The notes under the pieces are model-generated. The model saw only the letters and a program-made list of their open reading frames with translations, was not told where the DNA came from and ran no database searches. A DNA stretch of 41,648 bases, from IMG/VR virus record IMGVR_UViG_2541047962_000003. The stretch is one strand, 5' to 3'. This document shows, in pieces, positions 8,281 through 19,254 of the stretch (the first letter of the stretch is position 1; the number at the start of each line of letters is the position of its first letter). Source of the DNA: a virus (Duplodnaviria; Heunggongvirae; Uroviricota; Caudoviricetes). The position numbers and the translations under genes were made by a program.

Positions 8281-9342
8281 TCATCCCCTTTGCAAAGCCG
8301 ATTGCGTATACAGATCCGCCGCGCCACGCGCTTCGCACATCATATCCATGTACCACGCCTGGCCCCTTGTGTCGCCAGTGTACATAATCCCGCGCACAAT
8401 ATAAACGCCATCCGTTGCGATGCTGGCAGGCTGCGATGTGGTGCCGCTGAGCGTGATATTTCCGTCCGTGTTCTGGTCGGTGATCTGACCACCAACCATC
8501 GCAATATCGTTGTTCGACAACGCGGTACGATAGACGGAAGCCTGATCCAGCTGAATGAGCCCGTTAACCCGGATGTTCGGATTAATAAGCGCGCGGACGT
8601 TTACGCCGTTACCGATAGTCTGCTGCGGCATGCCAATAAGCCCGGTAGCGCTGTTGAGCACAATCGCTTCGTGAACATATTCGTTATTCGCCACCATCTG
8701 GCGCTGACCGTCCACGAATTGCCATGTTGCGCCACATTGTCCGGCTACGTTATCCATTAGATGCCGCGTCATGCCAAAGAGTACCCGCCCCCGGGGGAAT
8801 ACAGTAGCAGGCATTTCAGGCGTCAGGCCTTCGGTCGCGCCTTTGGCTTCGAAGTCTTTCATCAGCGCACGGTTCACATCAGCGACCGTGTAACCGGCAG
8901 CCAGCGTCTGTGAGGTTATACTGGTGGCAAAAGCCAGATCAGTATCTGCTGCCTGAATCAGGACGTAGGTATCAACCGGACTGTCTTTTCCTGTGACCGA
9001 GTAGCGAATTTCACCGCTGAAAATCAGTCCGTAGTTGCGGCCATCTCTCTGGCCCACGTCCGCCGCGTCAACTTCCCGCACGGTCCCTACGTCGCTTGCT
9101 GACACCTCCGGCGCGATACCGTCGTAACCCGCAATCAGACGCACTTTCGAAAACTCCTGCCCGGTAATTCGGTTCACAGTATCTGCCGAGAGGTTATAAA
9201 TTTTGATAGTCCCTACCCGGGACGCGCTGCTGATGTTGAACCAGTCGATCGTAAAGGTGACTTTGAAATCACTTAGCTCAATTCCCTGACCGTTCCCGTC
9301 CACAAGCTGCAGCTCGAAATGTCTCATCCAGTTCTGTGACAT
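8281..9342 (-). CDS. Tail/baseplate hub-like protein
   Basis: 353 aa, in the tail block downstream of the tape measure gene. Call is positional. Confidence 0.5.
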   Translation of the reverse strand: MSQNWMRHFELQLVDGNGQGIELSDFKVTFTIDWFNISSASRVGTIKIYNLSADTVNRITGQEFSKVRLIAGYDGIAPEVSASDVGTVREVDAADVGQRDGRNYGLIFSGEIRYSVTGKDSPVDTYVLIQAADTDLAFATSITSQTLAAGYTVADVNRALMKDFEAKGATEGLTPEMPATVFPRGRVLFGMTRHLMDNVAGQCGATWQFVDGQRQMVANNEYVHEAIVLNSATGLIGMPQQTIGNGVNVRALINPNIRVNGLIQLDQASVYRTALSNNDIAMVGGQITDQNTDGNITLSGTTSQPASIATDGVYIVRGIMYTGDTRGQAWYMDMMCEARGAADLYTQSALQRG

Positions 9343-9344
9343 GC

Positions 9345-9647
9345 TTACTCCGTTGATACCAGTAAATGGCTGCGACCGCCCAGGTCAGTTTTTGTGGGGT
9401 AATCCTGTGTGTTGTCATCACAGACCACCACCAGCTTAAAACCAAGCTCCATACAGGCGTACTGCGCCAGCAGGTCAGCACCAGTGACAAGAGGAATACC
9501 GGAGATTACCGGCTCCCCTCTGTCGTTCTGCAGGTCCATAATCCAGTACAGATCGCGCCATATGATGCTAATCCGCCAGGTGACCCCCCCCAGGACGATG
9601 CTGAACTGCTGGTTGTCCGCTGTCAGCGGAATTTCCTGAATTGTCAT
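9345..9647 (-). CDS. Small tail protein
   Basis: 100 aa, translationally coupled within the tail block. Confidence 0.45.
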   Translation of the reverse strand: MTIQEIPLTADNQQFSIVLGGVTWRISIIWRDLYWIMDLQNDRGEPVISGIPLVTGADLLAQYACMELGFKLVVVCDDNTQDYPTKTDLGGRSHLLVSTE

Positions 9648-10234
9648 TAGCCGCCCCCCAGTAATGACGCCACGTTACCCGTGATGCTTTTCAGCAGTGA
9701 AGTATCTGGAGGCTTTGTGGTTTTGTTGCCGCTGTTCTGTACCGCCGACGTGCTGGCCCCTTCCTTCATGTTGGTTTTATCCGCGACGGTAATCTGCTGT
9801 GTCCGGGAGATAATGACCTCCCTCAGGGTGAGGACGGCGGACAGGACGTTTTCGGTTGTCTTGTCCGTCGTCACTTCCAACGCCCGGATCAACATGTTGC
9901 TGTACAGTCGTTTACCGGTTACCACATCGAAGGGGATACGGCTTTCCTGCAGATCCAGTAGCTCCTGATACGTCTGCTGAGGACTCAGGCCGAGCAGGCT
10001 GGTAGCCGTCAGATTACTGGCAAAATCCAGCAATGCGCCGCCACCGGCGAAACCAACCTCCATCACCACTTCTGACGGTTTTTTATAGGCATGATCAGCG
10101 ACAGCGGCCCCAACCTCTACCGGATGCTCTGTTATTTCAAGCATATCTGTATGCTTCTCTGAAATAACAACACTGGGAACAATCATTCCTATTTTTCTGC
10201 TCTGCTGATGAAAAAGTGTAGAGAGAATATCCAC
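9647..10234 (-). CDS. Tail protein (possibly DNA-circulation-like)
   Basis: 195 aa, immediately downstream of the tape measure gene. Confidence 0.45.
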   Translation of the reverse strand: MDILSTLFHQQSRKIGMIVPSVVISEKHTDMLEITEHPVEVGAAVADHAYKKPSEVVMEVGFAGGGALLDFASNLTATSLLGLSPQQTYQELLDLQESRIPFDVVTGKRLYSNMLIRALEVTTDKTTENVLSAVLTLREVIISRTQQITVADKTNMKEGASTSAVQNSGNKTTKPPDTSLLKSITGNVASLLGGG

Positions 10235-12222
10235 TAACCCACCCTCACCTGATTACTTCGCATGACCTGAGCATTTGCAGACTGTTGCCGACGTGCAACC
10301 TCATTACCGACAGCGTGCGGATCTCCGCCACCGTAAATGTGGTAAGTATTTTGCTGGTTAACCTCTGTCATTTTGCCACTAATTCCCGCCACGGCAGCCT
10401 TATTAATCAGCTCTCGAGAATAGATATTTCTTCCATTTTCATGCTGGATAATGCTGCTCATCAATGCTGACATGGTTTGCGGATCGCTCATATTCAGGGC
10501 AGCCCGGGGATCCACTCCCAGTCGTTGCGATACAGCCCTGATATACGCAGTTGTGTTGTTATTATCAGACGCAGGTGCCCAGGTAGAGATAATTTTCTCC
10601 ACACTGTTTATTCCCCGTCCGGCGTACAGCATTAACTGACGAGCAAGAGCCCGTAATCCATCAAAGGCAGTTTCAAATCTGGCAAATCGCCCGCCCGGGC
10701 GTTCAAGAGAAGCCCCTGCCTGACCAGCAAAATTAAGGTTTCCCGGATTGTTATTCCGTTCTCCTCGTTTCGTAGCCTGTGCATGTTGTTCCGGCTCATC
10801 ATCACCAAACCAGCCGCGTACCGTCCGGCCCACGCTGCGGGGATCGAATCCCCAGTGCTCTTTAATCCAGTCGGCAGTACTGTTAGCGCTGTCTGTAACC
10901 ATCGGCATCGCTGACGGATTTTCGCTGCCCTGATTAAGTATCTGTTTGCCGATGCTGACGGCATCAGCCCGGCGTCCATCTTTGATAGCGTTGAGCAGGT
11001 CGGCGATCATGTTCAGCATTTTGCTGAATTCGCCCATCTGGTCGATGAAGTTGCTGAAATCCCACTTCAGGGACCATGATTTGGGGTCAATATTGAGTAG
11101 TTTCGCCAGCGCTTTCGCCAGATCGTTAACGGTCGTTTTAAGGTCACGAACCATCTTCAGCGCGGCATCGACCTCCGGTTTCCACTTGCCCCAGTCAATC
11201 AGGCTGTCGCCGCCTTCCTTCCAGGTCTGATAGTCCTCCCACAGGAGGGCAATCCCCGCCGCCAGCGCGGTAATGAGGCCAACCGGCGACATCCAGAACG
11301 TACTGTTCAGAATGCGCAGCGCAATCGTCAGTGCGCCAAACAGCGAGATCAACTCCCGCGTTTGCTTATCCAGCGATTGCCACCAGGTGATAAGGCCTGA
11401 TGTCCCCTCAATCAGTCTGAAGAACAGCCGCCCGATAATATCCCCGAGCGCCAGAATGCCTTTTATGGCTTTCGTCAGGGTCTGCTCGATACGAGGGAAG
11501 TTGTCCAGGATATGGCGGCGCAGGGTGTCCAGCGAACCCGCAAGTCCACCCGCAAGATTAGAGCCGATTTTGTCACGGGCCATGCCTGCCATCGCGCTAA
11601 ACTCACGCAGGGAGGTCATAAATTTGTTGGAGCTTCTGGCCGCCTCGTCAGCATTGAAGCCGATAGCTTTCGCCATTGCGCTGTACTGCCCGGAGAAACC
11701 ACCCACACCCCGACGCATCGCCATAAGGGTATTTTCGTCAATACCCAGCATCTGCGCATACTGGTTAGCCCGGTAATACGGCATGCTACTGAGTTTCTGT
11801 CCAACGCCCGTAAAGATAGCGGCCATGTCACGCATGTTACCGCTGGCATCACGGGTCTGTACGCCCAGGCGATTCAGAAAGCCTTCTGCACCGGGATTGT
11901 TGCGAATAAACCGGGAGAGGCTTTCCAGAGAAGATCGCGCAGCGTCCACGCTGCCGCCAACCTGCGAAACCGCATAGCCAATAGACTGAATTCCCTGGAC
12001 TGTCGCTCCAGTGCGCTGTGACGCCCAGTAAAGATTATCCAGACCGGAGGCGATCTTAGCCGTGAAGGCCACCACGGACAGCGCGGCTCCTTCAACGGCC
12101 AGCCCCATTTTGATGACATTTGCAGTTGTACCGGCGAGGACAGAACCGAACTTTTTCGCTCCTGCATCATCCACACTGAAGCCAAGCGAGACGAGGAAAT
12201 CTTTAATAGTTTCAGCGTTCAT
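10234..12222 (-). CDS. Tail tape measure protein
   Basis: Long alpha-helical, Ala/Gly-rich protein in the canonical position. ATG at 12222 is preceded by GGAGAGAGG. Confidence 0.85.
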   Translation of the reverse strand: MNAETIKDFLVSLGFSVDDAGAKKFGSVLAGTTANVIKMGLAVEGAALSVVAFTAKIASGLDNLYWASQRTGATVQGIQSIGYAVSQVGGSVDAARSSLESLSRFIRNNPGAEGFLNRLGVQTRDASGNMRDMAAIFTGVGQKLSSMPYYRANQYAQMLGIDENTLMAMRRGVGGFSGQYSAMAKAIGFNADEAARSSNKFMTSLREFSAMAGMARDKIGSNLAGGLAGSLDTLRRHILDNFPRIEQTLTKAIKGILALGDIIGRLFFRLIEGTSGLITWWQSLDKQTRELISLFGALTIALRILNSTFWMSPVGLITALAAGIALLWEDYQTWKEGGDSLIDWGKWKPEVDAALKMVRDLKTTVNDLAKALAKLLNIDPKSWSLKWDFSNFIDQMGEFSKMLNMIADLLNAIKDGRRADAVSIGKQILNQGSENPSAMPMVTDSANSTADWIKEHWGFDPRSVGRTVRGWFGDDEPEQHAQATKRGERNNNPGNLNFAGQAGASLERPGGRFARFETAFDGLRALARQLMLYAGRGINSVEKIISTWAPASDNNNTTAYIRAVSQRLGVDPRAALNMSDPQTMSALMSSIIQHENGRNIYSRELINKAAVAGISGKMTEVNQQNTYHIYGGGDPHAVGNEVARRQQSANAQVMRSNQVRVG

Positions 12223-12399
12223 TATCCTCTCTCCATTTCTCAATGCGCCGCTGGTTATCCGCTTTTACCGCCAGATGGTCATTCAAAAGAGCAATATCGT
12301 ACAAATCGACAGAGCCATCTTTAAGTGCTGTATAAGGAATTAACCCGGCGTCAACCGGATTGAGAAGGTAGGACAGCCCGTCCGGCAGGCTGTTAAACG

Positions 12400-12852
12400 T
12401 CAGCCCTGTTGCAGGCTCTGCGTCGTGCTGGTAAGGGGTGTAGGCAAAAAATTTCCCAGCGAATCGGCGACCACCCGCGCCACCAGCTGCAGCATGACCA
12501 GCAAGTCAATATCATCAAACATCAGTTCGCCCCGGGTAAATACCGGAACCCATCCGTCCATATGACGCCGCGATACCACCGCAAGACAGGGATGAATAAT
12601 CGCATCGGTGTCATCTTCGGTCAGGGAAGACAGTTCCTCAGCGATACGCGGGAGCATGGTTTCAAACACCGGTTTTAACTGCTCGAATTTCACGGTGTCG
12701 ATTTTGCCATCAGCAGGCAAACGGGAGCGAATGCTCCCGAAATCTGACATCATTCCTGCCAGCACCGGCAGAAGTTTGCGGGTCACTTTCAGCTGGTCAA
12801 AAACGCTGAGTTTTGCCACGCGATATTTCACGCCTTTGATTTCGAATTCCAT
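12400..12852 (-). CDS. Tail assembly chaperone
   Basis: 150 aa, between the tube and tape measure genes. A 157-bp gap follows before the tape measure gene, which may encode a frameshift extension. Confidence 0.55.
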   Translation of the reverse strand: MEFEIKGVKYRVAKLSVFDQLKVTRKLLPVLAGMMSDFGSIRSRLPADGKIDTVKFEQLKPVFETMLPRIAEELSSLTEDDTDAIIHPCLAVVSRRHMDGWVPVFTRGELMFDDIDLLVMLQLVARVVADSLGNFLPTPLTSTTQSLQQG

Positions 12853-12855
12853 GTA

Positions 12856-13296
12856 TTAAAACTCCCCGAGAACCTGGTCAATCTTGCCGCAGTCAAACAC
12901 CCACGGCATCGTATTACCGGTTTTAGCGTTGGCGTTATCCGGTTGTTTCTGGAACGCAACACTGCGTGCCGTGATGATGTCGCCGCTGACCTTGTTGCGG
13001 ATCACGATAACGTTATTCCCCCATGTGGCAGAAGACTGGCTCTGTGCGTTATACGCCAGCGACAATTTTTTATTTGTCGGTGATGTCTTCAGAAGGTTAA
13101 CGGTAATCGTCCCGCTTTTATCTGCATGGAGACTGTGCATCACTTCGCCATCAGCACCGATGGTCATGGTGTTTTTAGGACCGCCCATCGCAACCACAAT
13201 CCCCTCTTCAGAACTTGCCGAACCGTACCCGAGGTCAATCGAACCGGTCGGCCCGGTCAGCGTCGCAGTGACATCCATAAAAGAATAGGTAGACAT
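12856..13296 (-). CDS. Tail tube protein
   Basis: 146 aa, directly downstream of the sheath gene. Confidence 0.6.
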   Translation of the reverse strand: MSTYSFMDVTATLTGPTGSIDLGYGSASSEEGIVVAMGGPKNTMTIGADGEVMHSLHADKSGTITVNLLKTSPTNKKLSLAYNAQSQSSATWGNNVIVIRNKVSGDIITARSVAFQKQPDNANAKTGNTMPWVFDCGKIDQVLGEF

Positions 13297-13306
13297 TCAC
13301 TTCCCC

Positions 13307-14452
13307 TTAGCGAACAACGTTAATCTGTACGTCAGCGTAATGAACCGCGCCTGCAAGTTTTATTGCAGCCTGAATCACCGGAGCCTTACGGGCTTCACGT
13401 TCTGATTGTGCCTGTTCATCCAGCGGCTGGGCGTATACGTAATAACCTTTGGGCAGCGTGTCACCTGATGACAACTGGCCAAGGTCGCCCCCGTTCCATA
13501 CGCCCGGAGCAATCAGTCCATTCTGAACGGCCTGATCCAGTGATTTTTCAACACTTGATAACAGTCGGGTAATACCGGCTTCAGTCTGGGGAACTTTCGT
13601 GGTGCTGGTATAAAGCAGGTTATAGAGGTTGGTCTGCACATAATTCTGTAACCAGTCCAGGCCGTGGCGTTCATCAAAGAAATCACCGTTGGTCATCACT
13701 CCCTGCTGGAGGATAGCTGTATCATTCTGGTAGTACACGAATACATTGCAGTTTTTTGCATCAAGTGCCGATGCCTGGCTGACTGTCAGTGTTTCATACC
13801 CGACACCCGGCTCCTGCTTAAACTTGAGCGTAATCGCGGTATTACTGCCATTAAAATTAACCGTGAATGCCCGGCCAAATGCAGATAACGCAGCGTATTT
13901 ATTACCCGATGAATACTGAATAAAACTGCGTGAATATCCGGCGGTTTTCAGTTTTGATGCCAAATCATCGCTGGATGCAGTCTGCAGGCATTTCTCATCG
14001 CTTGTCGTAATCGCCAGAATACGGCTTACAGAAGAGGATTCGATCGCCGCAGCCACTTTCAGCCAGTCTGCATCCGGAATATCTGCATCGTCTGCAATCC
14101 CCAGCCCATACCATGAAGTATAATCAAGCATGGCATTCACAGCCTGCTCCAGCGTCTCAGGCGTGGCCTGTTCGCTGTCTCCCTTCGTTTTCACCCAACG
14201 ACCAACAAAAACCTCCTGAGGCTTCGGTGATTGTGAGAAAAACACCTGCGCAGCCTTATATTCTGGTGATTCCACGCCAAAATCTTTTCCAATATCTTCC
14301 GCGGCAGAATAACGGCGAATGCGCTCACTTACCGGAATGATTGTGGACGGGCCGAGAATGAGTAATGCACCAAAATTTCGCCCTGATGCTGCACGCGGCG
14401 ACATGATCACATCAACATTAACAACGTTTGATACAGGCAAGCCCTGTGCCAT
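13307..14452 (-). CDS. Contractile tail sheath protein
   Basis: 381 aa, upstream of the tube gene. Size and position are typical. Confidence 0.65.
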   Translation of the reverse strand: MAQGLPVSNVVNVDVIMSPRAASGRNFGALLILGPSTIIPVSERIRRYSAAEDIGKDFGVESPEYKAAQVFFSQSPKPQEVFVGRWVKTKGDSEQATPETLEQAVNAMLDYTSWYGLGIADDADIPDADWLKVAAAIESSSVSRILAITTSDEKCLQTASSDDLASKLKTAGYSRSFIQYSSGNKYAALSAFGRAFTVNFNGSNTAITLKFKQEPGVGYETLTVSQASALDAKNCNVFVYYQNDTAILQQGVMTNGDFFDERHGLDWLQNYVQTNLYNLLYTSTTKVPQTEAGITRLLSSVEKSLDQAVQNGLIAPGVWNGGDLGQLSSGDTLPKGYYVYAQPLDEQAQSEREARKAPVIQAAIKLAGAVHYADVQINVVR

Positions 14453-14455
14453 AGC

Positions 14456-15022
14456 TTAATCTCCGAAAAAGATGACTGGTGCTTCCACCAGCGATTTAAT
14501 ACCGTACTCGCGCACAACCTTCCGGCGCAGACGCACCGTCATATCGTAGCGGCGGACCCATTGCTGATTAATAAGTTCAGGGAAGGGAGTCAGACCTGTG
14601 TAATCGCCAAGAGACAGCCCCAGCGCATTCAGTGCTGCGTTGTTCTGCGGTACAGATATACCGTCACGAAACCGGGACGCATACACCATCCCCGCCGGAC
14701 CATAAAACGAAGCCATACACTCAATCGTTTCATGCCGCCAGAGCTGAGAGCCATCATCGGTCTGTCTGGTGAATGCCGGACTGTCATCACCTGACCATCC
14801 GATAACCCCAAACGCACACCAGTTCGTTTCAGCCGGTAGCAGTGGCGGTTGCTCTTTCTGCCAGCGCGGACGAACCATCCCGGCAGACAGACCGGAAACG
14901 TTACGCATCCACTGGCTTAAAAGCCTGTCGAGCGCTTCGTCATAATCCGGATCGCCACTGGTTGGTATTAACCATCCGCGCTCTGTACTGGTGTTATTGC
15001 TCAACCGGAGTTCCCCCATCAA
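14456..15022 (-). CDS. Neck/tail completion protein
   Basis: 188 aa, positional. Confidence 0.45.
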   Translation of the reverse strand: MMGELRLSNNTSTERGWLIPTSGDPDYDEALDRLLSQWMRNVSGLSAGMVRPRWQKEQPPLLPAETNWCAFGVIGWSGDDSPAFTRQTDDGSQLWRHETIECMASFYGPAGMVYASRFRDGISVPQNNAALNALGLSLGDYTGLTPFPELINQQWVRRYDMTVRLRRKVVREYGIKSLVEAPVIFFGD

Positions 15023-15383
15023 ACGGCATCAACTCACAATGCGCCTGAACGAATCCGGCCCCATAAGCTGTATACGGGTCGACGAAGGTCACACGATAAT
15101 CACGGCCCTGATACGTCACGATATCGGCATCACGGCCAGTCTGTCCCTGCGTCAGTCGCTCAGTCGTCACAATCAGAATTGCACCACTGATTACCTGCCC
15201 TGCCTGCATACGGCGGTTTTCCAGAGAGCGATCAACAGTTACGACTCCGGCAAACTGCTTTTCAACTTCACTGTCGCTGCCGATCCCGTCCTCATCCACC
15301 GTTTGCACTCGGCGTGTTACCCACAAATTGAAGTCGCAAAAATCGGGGTCAAAAAGCACATCTGTTACATCAAGAGTCGGCAT
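14994..15383 (-). CDS. Head-tail connector (head closure) protein
   Basis: 129 aa, positional. Confidence 0.45.
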   Translation of the reverse strand: MPTLDVTDVLFDPDFCDFNLWVTRRVQTVDEDGIGSDSEVEKQFAGVVTVDRSLENRRMQAGQVISGAILIVTTERLTQGQTGRDADIVTYQGRDYRVTFVDPYTAYGAGFVQAHCELMPFDGGTPVEQ

Positions 15384-15924
15384 CTTTATCCCTCACTACA
15401 TGGGTAATAGCTCTGCGATATTGCCCGGTGTCAATTAATGGTTTCGCCAGATCGGTTCCGGGAGATTCGCCAGCAACACGCCGGGCAAGTTCCAGTGTTG
15501 CCCCCTTGCGCCCCCGACGAGCCCGGGCTTCAACAGTGCTGTCAGCAAGCGGCGTAAAGCCGGTAATAGTCATGTAACGCCTGACGCCATTAGCGGCCAG
15601 CGTTCCGGCACGGTTGAGTGCGCGTTCTGCTCCCGCAGCATTACCATCAAGAGCAGCCTGCGCCGCGGTTTTGAGCTGCGGCACCGTCTGCTCTTCTGCC
15701 GATTTAACGCCGGGGACCAGATGAGGTCGTGGCGGGATGTTCTGCTCTGGTGAGCCGTATTCGTTGAGGTAACCGATGCCCGCATTACCAAACGGAACAT
15801 CATCCCGCTCGCTGTCTTCCGAAGGGATGCCGACCAGCACATCTTTTTTGGTTAACGACCTGAGCGCATCCAGAATGGCCTTAGCGTTATCCACCCTCGT
15901 TGTTACACCGCTTTTGAAACTCAT
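15370..15924 (-). CDS. Head-tail joining protein
   Basis: 184 aa, positional. Confidence 0.45.
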   Translation of the reverse strand: MSFKSGVTTRVDNAKAILDALRSLTKKDVLVGIPSEDSERDDVPFGNAGIGYLNEYGSPEQNIPPRPHLVPGVKSAEEQTVPQLKTAAQAALDGNAAGAERALNRAGTLAANGVRRYMTITGFTPLADSTVEARARRGRKGATLELARRVAGESPGTDLAKPLIDTGQYRRAITHVVRDKDADS

Positions 15925-16328
15925 AGCTGGCGACCGCCTGCACCGAACATCGTGATCAACTGATAAAATTCAGCGCCATATCGGGTGTTATTCCAGAAAC
16001 CTGCATCAGGATTCAGCGTCGCGCTGGTGTCATAGCTGACGCTTACCTTGTCAACGGACTTTGAGGACTGAACACCATTGGTTGAACCGCCCGGACCACC
16101 AGCCAGCATCGCTCTGCTGTCTGCCGCCCAGAGCGTCATGTAGTGCGCAACGAACAATCCGGCAAAGTACGGAAACAACTTTTTGCCGGTGACGTTTTCA
16201 CTCAGCAGTTCATCGGCCAGATTCAGACGAAACTGGATTTGCGCTTCGGGATATTTGGCAGGGTCAGCAAACTGCGGGAAGTCGCGGCGAAAATCACTTA
16301 CCGCTGGCAGACTTTGATTCTTTGGCAT
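15921..16328 (-). CDS. Head-tail adaptor (DUF4054-like)
   Basis: 135 aa, downstream of the capsid gene. Confidence 0.45.
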   Translation of the reverse strand: MPKNQSLPAVSDFRRDFPQFADPAKYPEAQIQFRLNLADELLSENVTGKKLFPYFAGLFVAHYMTLWAADSRAMLAGGPGGSTNGVQSSKSVDKVSVSYDTSATLNPDAGFWNNTRYGAEFYQLITMFGAGGRQL

Positions 16329-16515
16329 TTTTTACCTCGTTACGCGCGTCTGTGGCTTTGCCAACGGATACTTCCGCGTGCGCACGAGTGAACCAGTGCG
16401 TGGCAACGTCTTCCTCCACAGCATGACGGCCTTTAACAAACTCGCGCCGCGAACCGTCGGGAAGCGTGAGCACAAACGGGGTATGTACGTGTATTACTGC
16501 ATTATTTTTTGCCAT
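16294..16515 (-). CDS. Small hypothetical structural-module protein
   Basis: 73 aa, between the capsid and adaptor genes. Confidence 0.4.
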   Translation of the reverse strand: MAKNNAVIHVHTPFVLTLPDGSRREFVKGRHAVEEDVATHWFTRAHAEVSVGKATDARNEVKNAKESKSASGK

Positions 16516-16556
16516 CGGGTCATCCTTAATGGCCCCGCCAGGGGGCCATATGGCTG

Positions 16557-17498
16557 TTAAATGCCATCAACGTACGAAAGGGTTTCTTTGTACACTGGCT
16601 CGACTGCACCCAGCTTGCCGTAGTAAGTGACGATCTGATACAGACCGCGATACTGCACCGGCACGCTCTGAAGCGGAACCAGCGGGTAGCGGACGTATTT
16701 TTTATCGTTGGTGTACGCAACCATGCGATCCTTATTCCCCACACCACGGCCTTTCAGCCATTTAACCGCGCGGATATTCAGCGGAACACCGTTCTGGTGA
16801 TAGCTGATGGTGTTGGTCTGAAGGTACGTCAACAGGGACTGGTTACCCGCAGATGAAACGATGATGCTGGACAACAGAGCAAACTGCTCAGGCGGGATCA
16901 GCAAATCACGCGGAACCACAGAGTAACCGGAAGCGGCCCACGCATCAGACAGTACCTGGTTAATGCTCGCGCGGATTTCGTCCGGTGTTGAGGTTGCCCA
17001 CGTTTTGGCAGCGTTGTTGACAGGCACGCCGTCCAGGGTAACAAGGCCTTTCAGGTTTAATGCTGAATCGCCAACATATACCTGTTCATCGTTATCCATC
17101 TGCCATTTCAGTTGCATACCGTCATACTTCTGCGTATCAATCGGGCGGCCGACCTGCTGAGCAGCCTGCAATTCTATGACCGTCCAGCCAAGTTCCATCC
17201 CCCACAGGTTCAGCGGGTTACCGGATTTGCCGATATCCACGTTCACGCCAGCAATAGCGGTTGAGTCTTTGCCTACCCAGTTTTTCCCATTCGGATTTGC
17301 GCCAGTACCCGCAGCGGCGAAGCTGGTATTCGTCCAGCTGGAAATGTCATCTGCGATGGAGACATCTTCACGCAACTGAATATCGCGGGTCCAGGTGTAC
17401 CCCACCAGTGGCAGGTTCAGCGTCTGGTCGAGTCGCTCCAGCTCCCCGATGAGAAAGGCACCAGAGCTGTCAACGGTTGCCTGATCAAAAGTAATCAT
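16557..17498 (-). CDS. Major capsid protein
   Basis: 313 aa, downstream of the scaffold gene. Position and size typical of the DUF2184-type major capsid protein. Confidence 0.7.
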   Translation of the reverse strand: MITFDQATVDSSGAFLIGELERLDQTLNLPLVGYTWTRDIQLREDVSIADDISSWTNTSFAAAGTGANPNGKNWVGKDSTAIAGVNVDIGKSGNPLNLWGMELGWTVIELQAAQQVGRPIDTQKYDGMQLKWQMDNDEQVYVGDSALNLKGLVTLDGVPVNNAAKTWATSTPDEIRASINQVLSDAWAASGYSVVPRDLLIPPEQFALLSSIIVSSAGNQSLLTYLQTNTISYHQNGVPLNIRAVKWLKGRGVGNKDRMVAYTNDKKYVRYPLVPLQSVPVQYRGLYQIVTYYGKLGAVEPVYKETLSYVDGI

Positions 17499-17509
17499 TC
17501 GTCTGTTCC

Positions 17510-18016
17510 TTAAATCTTCCAGGAAATTTCTGCATTGCCGTCAGCATCACCGGCACCTGTGAATTCAGCGTTGGTCAGCACCACATTTTTGCCACTGACT
17601 GACGTGGACATGAATCCACCCAGCGGCACTTTGATGGATTCATCAGTGGAGACGACAACGTATACCGGGTCGCCTTTTTTGATGGTGCTGGCATCAAAAT
17701 CAGAACCGAGATTAACGGTCACGTAGCCACGCTTCATGGCGTCGCCCGGGAAGTTCTTGCCACTCCCCACCTGGCGAACCATGTCCGGCTGCGAAGTGGT
17801 CGGATAAGGGCGCACGTAGATCCCCTTCACCTTGTCTGCGGTATCACCATCTGCCAGCGGTACGAAAAAACCGTCATCATCGTATTTACCAGCCAGCCCA
17901 TAGGCAGCGAAGGCGTTATCGGATTTAAGGACCACCGGTTCGACGGTTAAGTCCTGCGGGCGAGAGACGGCCCCGGCAATGCCAACAGGCATCCGGTACA
18001 GAAATACATTATTCAT
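17510..18016 (-). CDS. Capsid accessory/decoration-like protein
   Basis: 168 aa, between the scaffold and capsid genes. Confidence 0.45.
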   Translation of the reverse strand: MNNVFLYRMPVGIAGAVSRPQDLTVEPVVLKSDNAFAAYGLAGKYDDDGFFVPLADGDTADKVKGIYVRPYPTTSQPDMVRQVGSGKNFPGDAMKRGYVTVNLGSDFDASTIKKGDPVYVVVSTDESIKVPLGGFMSTSVSGKNVVLTNAEFTGAGDADGNAEISWKI

Positions 18017-18019
18017 TTT

Positions 18020-19240
18020 TTACCCTTTACGGTTTGCCCAGAATTCAGCGTTTTGTTTGTTCAGGGAAGCGATACTGGTCATGCCCATGTTTGGGCGCTG
18101 TGCATCGCCGGTGGTGGCGCGGGTGTTTCGCCCTTTGGCAATCTCAGACACGGCATTAAACGCCATGTCGACCGATTGTTTCGGTAATTTGCGGATATCC
18201 GCATCACCGACTATCTGGCGAACCAGCGTTTTGTCAGCAGAAGCCAGAACCTCGCGTTTGAACGCGGTCGGTTTCATCTTACGGCTCAGATCGATACCCG
18301 GAACGATAACTTCGGCACGCCAGGCTGAGTCACCAGTAATCGTGGTTTCCTCTTCATCGTCCTCGCCGTCACCGGTCGGATTATCGTCAGGCTTATTGTC
18401 GTTATCGCCCGTCGCATTTCCTTCCAGCTTAGCCAGCAGGGCTTTCAGTAATGTTTTGAGGTCATCATCACTGTCGCCGGTTGGACCTCCGCCCATCTCT
18501 GGTGCTTTGTCCGGTAGCGGTTGCTGCGGGGACAGGTTGATGTTGAGATTAACGCCCTGCGGCAAATCCCCCTCATCTCCTGTAACCGATGCGGGAGCCG
18601 ACTCCACCAGTTCGTTCATGGTGTCAGCGTCACCCGTTTTGATGGCCGTGCGCATGCGGGTCCACCAGCTTTTCTTTTGATTTGCCATTGTGTCTCTGTC
18701 TCCAATTGCACAACGATTTCCGGCTCTGCCTTTAGAGACAAGAGCCACATGGTTTCCGGTAATATCGACCTGCTGAGCCTTACCCGGCTCAGCCTGTTTA
18801 TATTCCGCGTCATAGCCACACGACACTTCGCGCAGGCCATCTTCGATCAGCTGAATGGCGTTTTCGTCTTTGACGATAAGGTCAGCCAGCATCAAATCAG
18901 ACTGCACACCCGCCCCGCGCCGGACATTCTGAAGATGCCCGACCGCGAGCTCTTTCCAGTTCTCTGGATTCACCAGCCGCACATCCCCGTTTTCATCCTC
19001 GGGATGCAACACCGTGATACTCATTCCTTCGAATGAGGCAAGCGTGGCGGGATGGAATACCTGCTCAGGAGAACGCGTGACGACTATTTCACCGAACTTA
19101 TCGGGTTTCAGTTTTGGCAGGTCATCAGCACCATAGAGCTGCTTACCTGTTCGTCCTATCGGCACGTCTTTGCACAGCAACGAGCCGTCAGCCAGCTGAT
19201 AGCGGGTTTCCCCCAGCCGGGTATTGAAAAAATATTTCAT
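18020..19240 (-). CDS. Scaffolding/prohead protein (DUF2213-like)
   Basis: 406 aa with a highly acidic low-complexity stretch (…GDGEDDEEETT…). Confidence 0.55.
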   Translation of the reverse strand: MKYFFNTRLGETRYQLADGSLLCKDVPIGRTGKQLYGADDLPKLKPDKFGEIVVTRSPEQVFHPATLASFEGMSITVLHPEDENGDVRLVNPENWKELAVGHLQNVRRGAGVQSDLMLADLIVKDENAIQLIEDGLREVSCGYDAEYKQAEPGKAQQVDITGNHVALVSKGRAGNRCAIGDRDTMANQKKSWWTRMRTAIKTGDADTMNELVESAPASVTGDEGDLPQGVNLNINLSPQQPLPDKAPEMGGGPTGDSDDDLKTLLKALLAKLEGNATGDNDNKPDDNPTGDGEDDEEETTITGDSAWRAEVIVPGIDLSRKMKPTAFKREVLASADKTLVRQIVGDADIRKLPKQSVDMAFNAVSEIAKGRNTRATTGDAQRPNMGMTSIASLNKQNAEFWANRKG

Positions 19241-19254
19241 GTGTTACCTGCGAT

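Noticed and set aside
10285-12343. Multiple + strand ORFs (for example 11273-11776, 11512-12021) inside the tape measure gene
   Set aside because: They are antisense to a long, well-supported structural gene and have no ribosome-binding sites. They look like frame artefacts.
17979-19036. + strand ORFs of 233 and 171 aa overlapping the scaffold gene
   Set aside because: They are antisense to the scaffold gene, low-complexity and Ser/Pro/Arg-rich, and lack start context.
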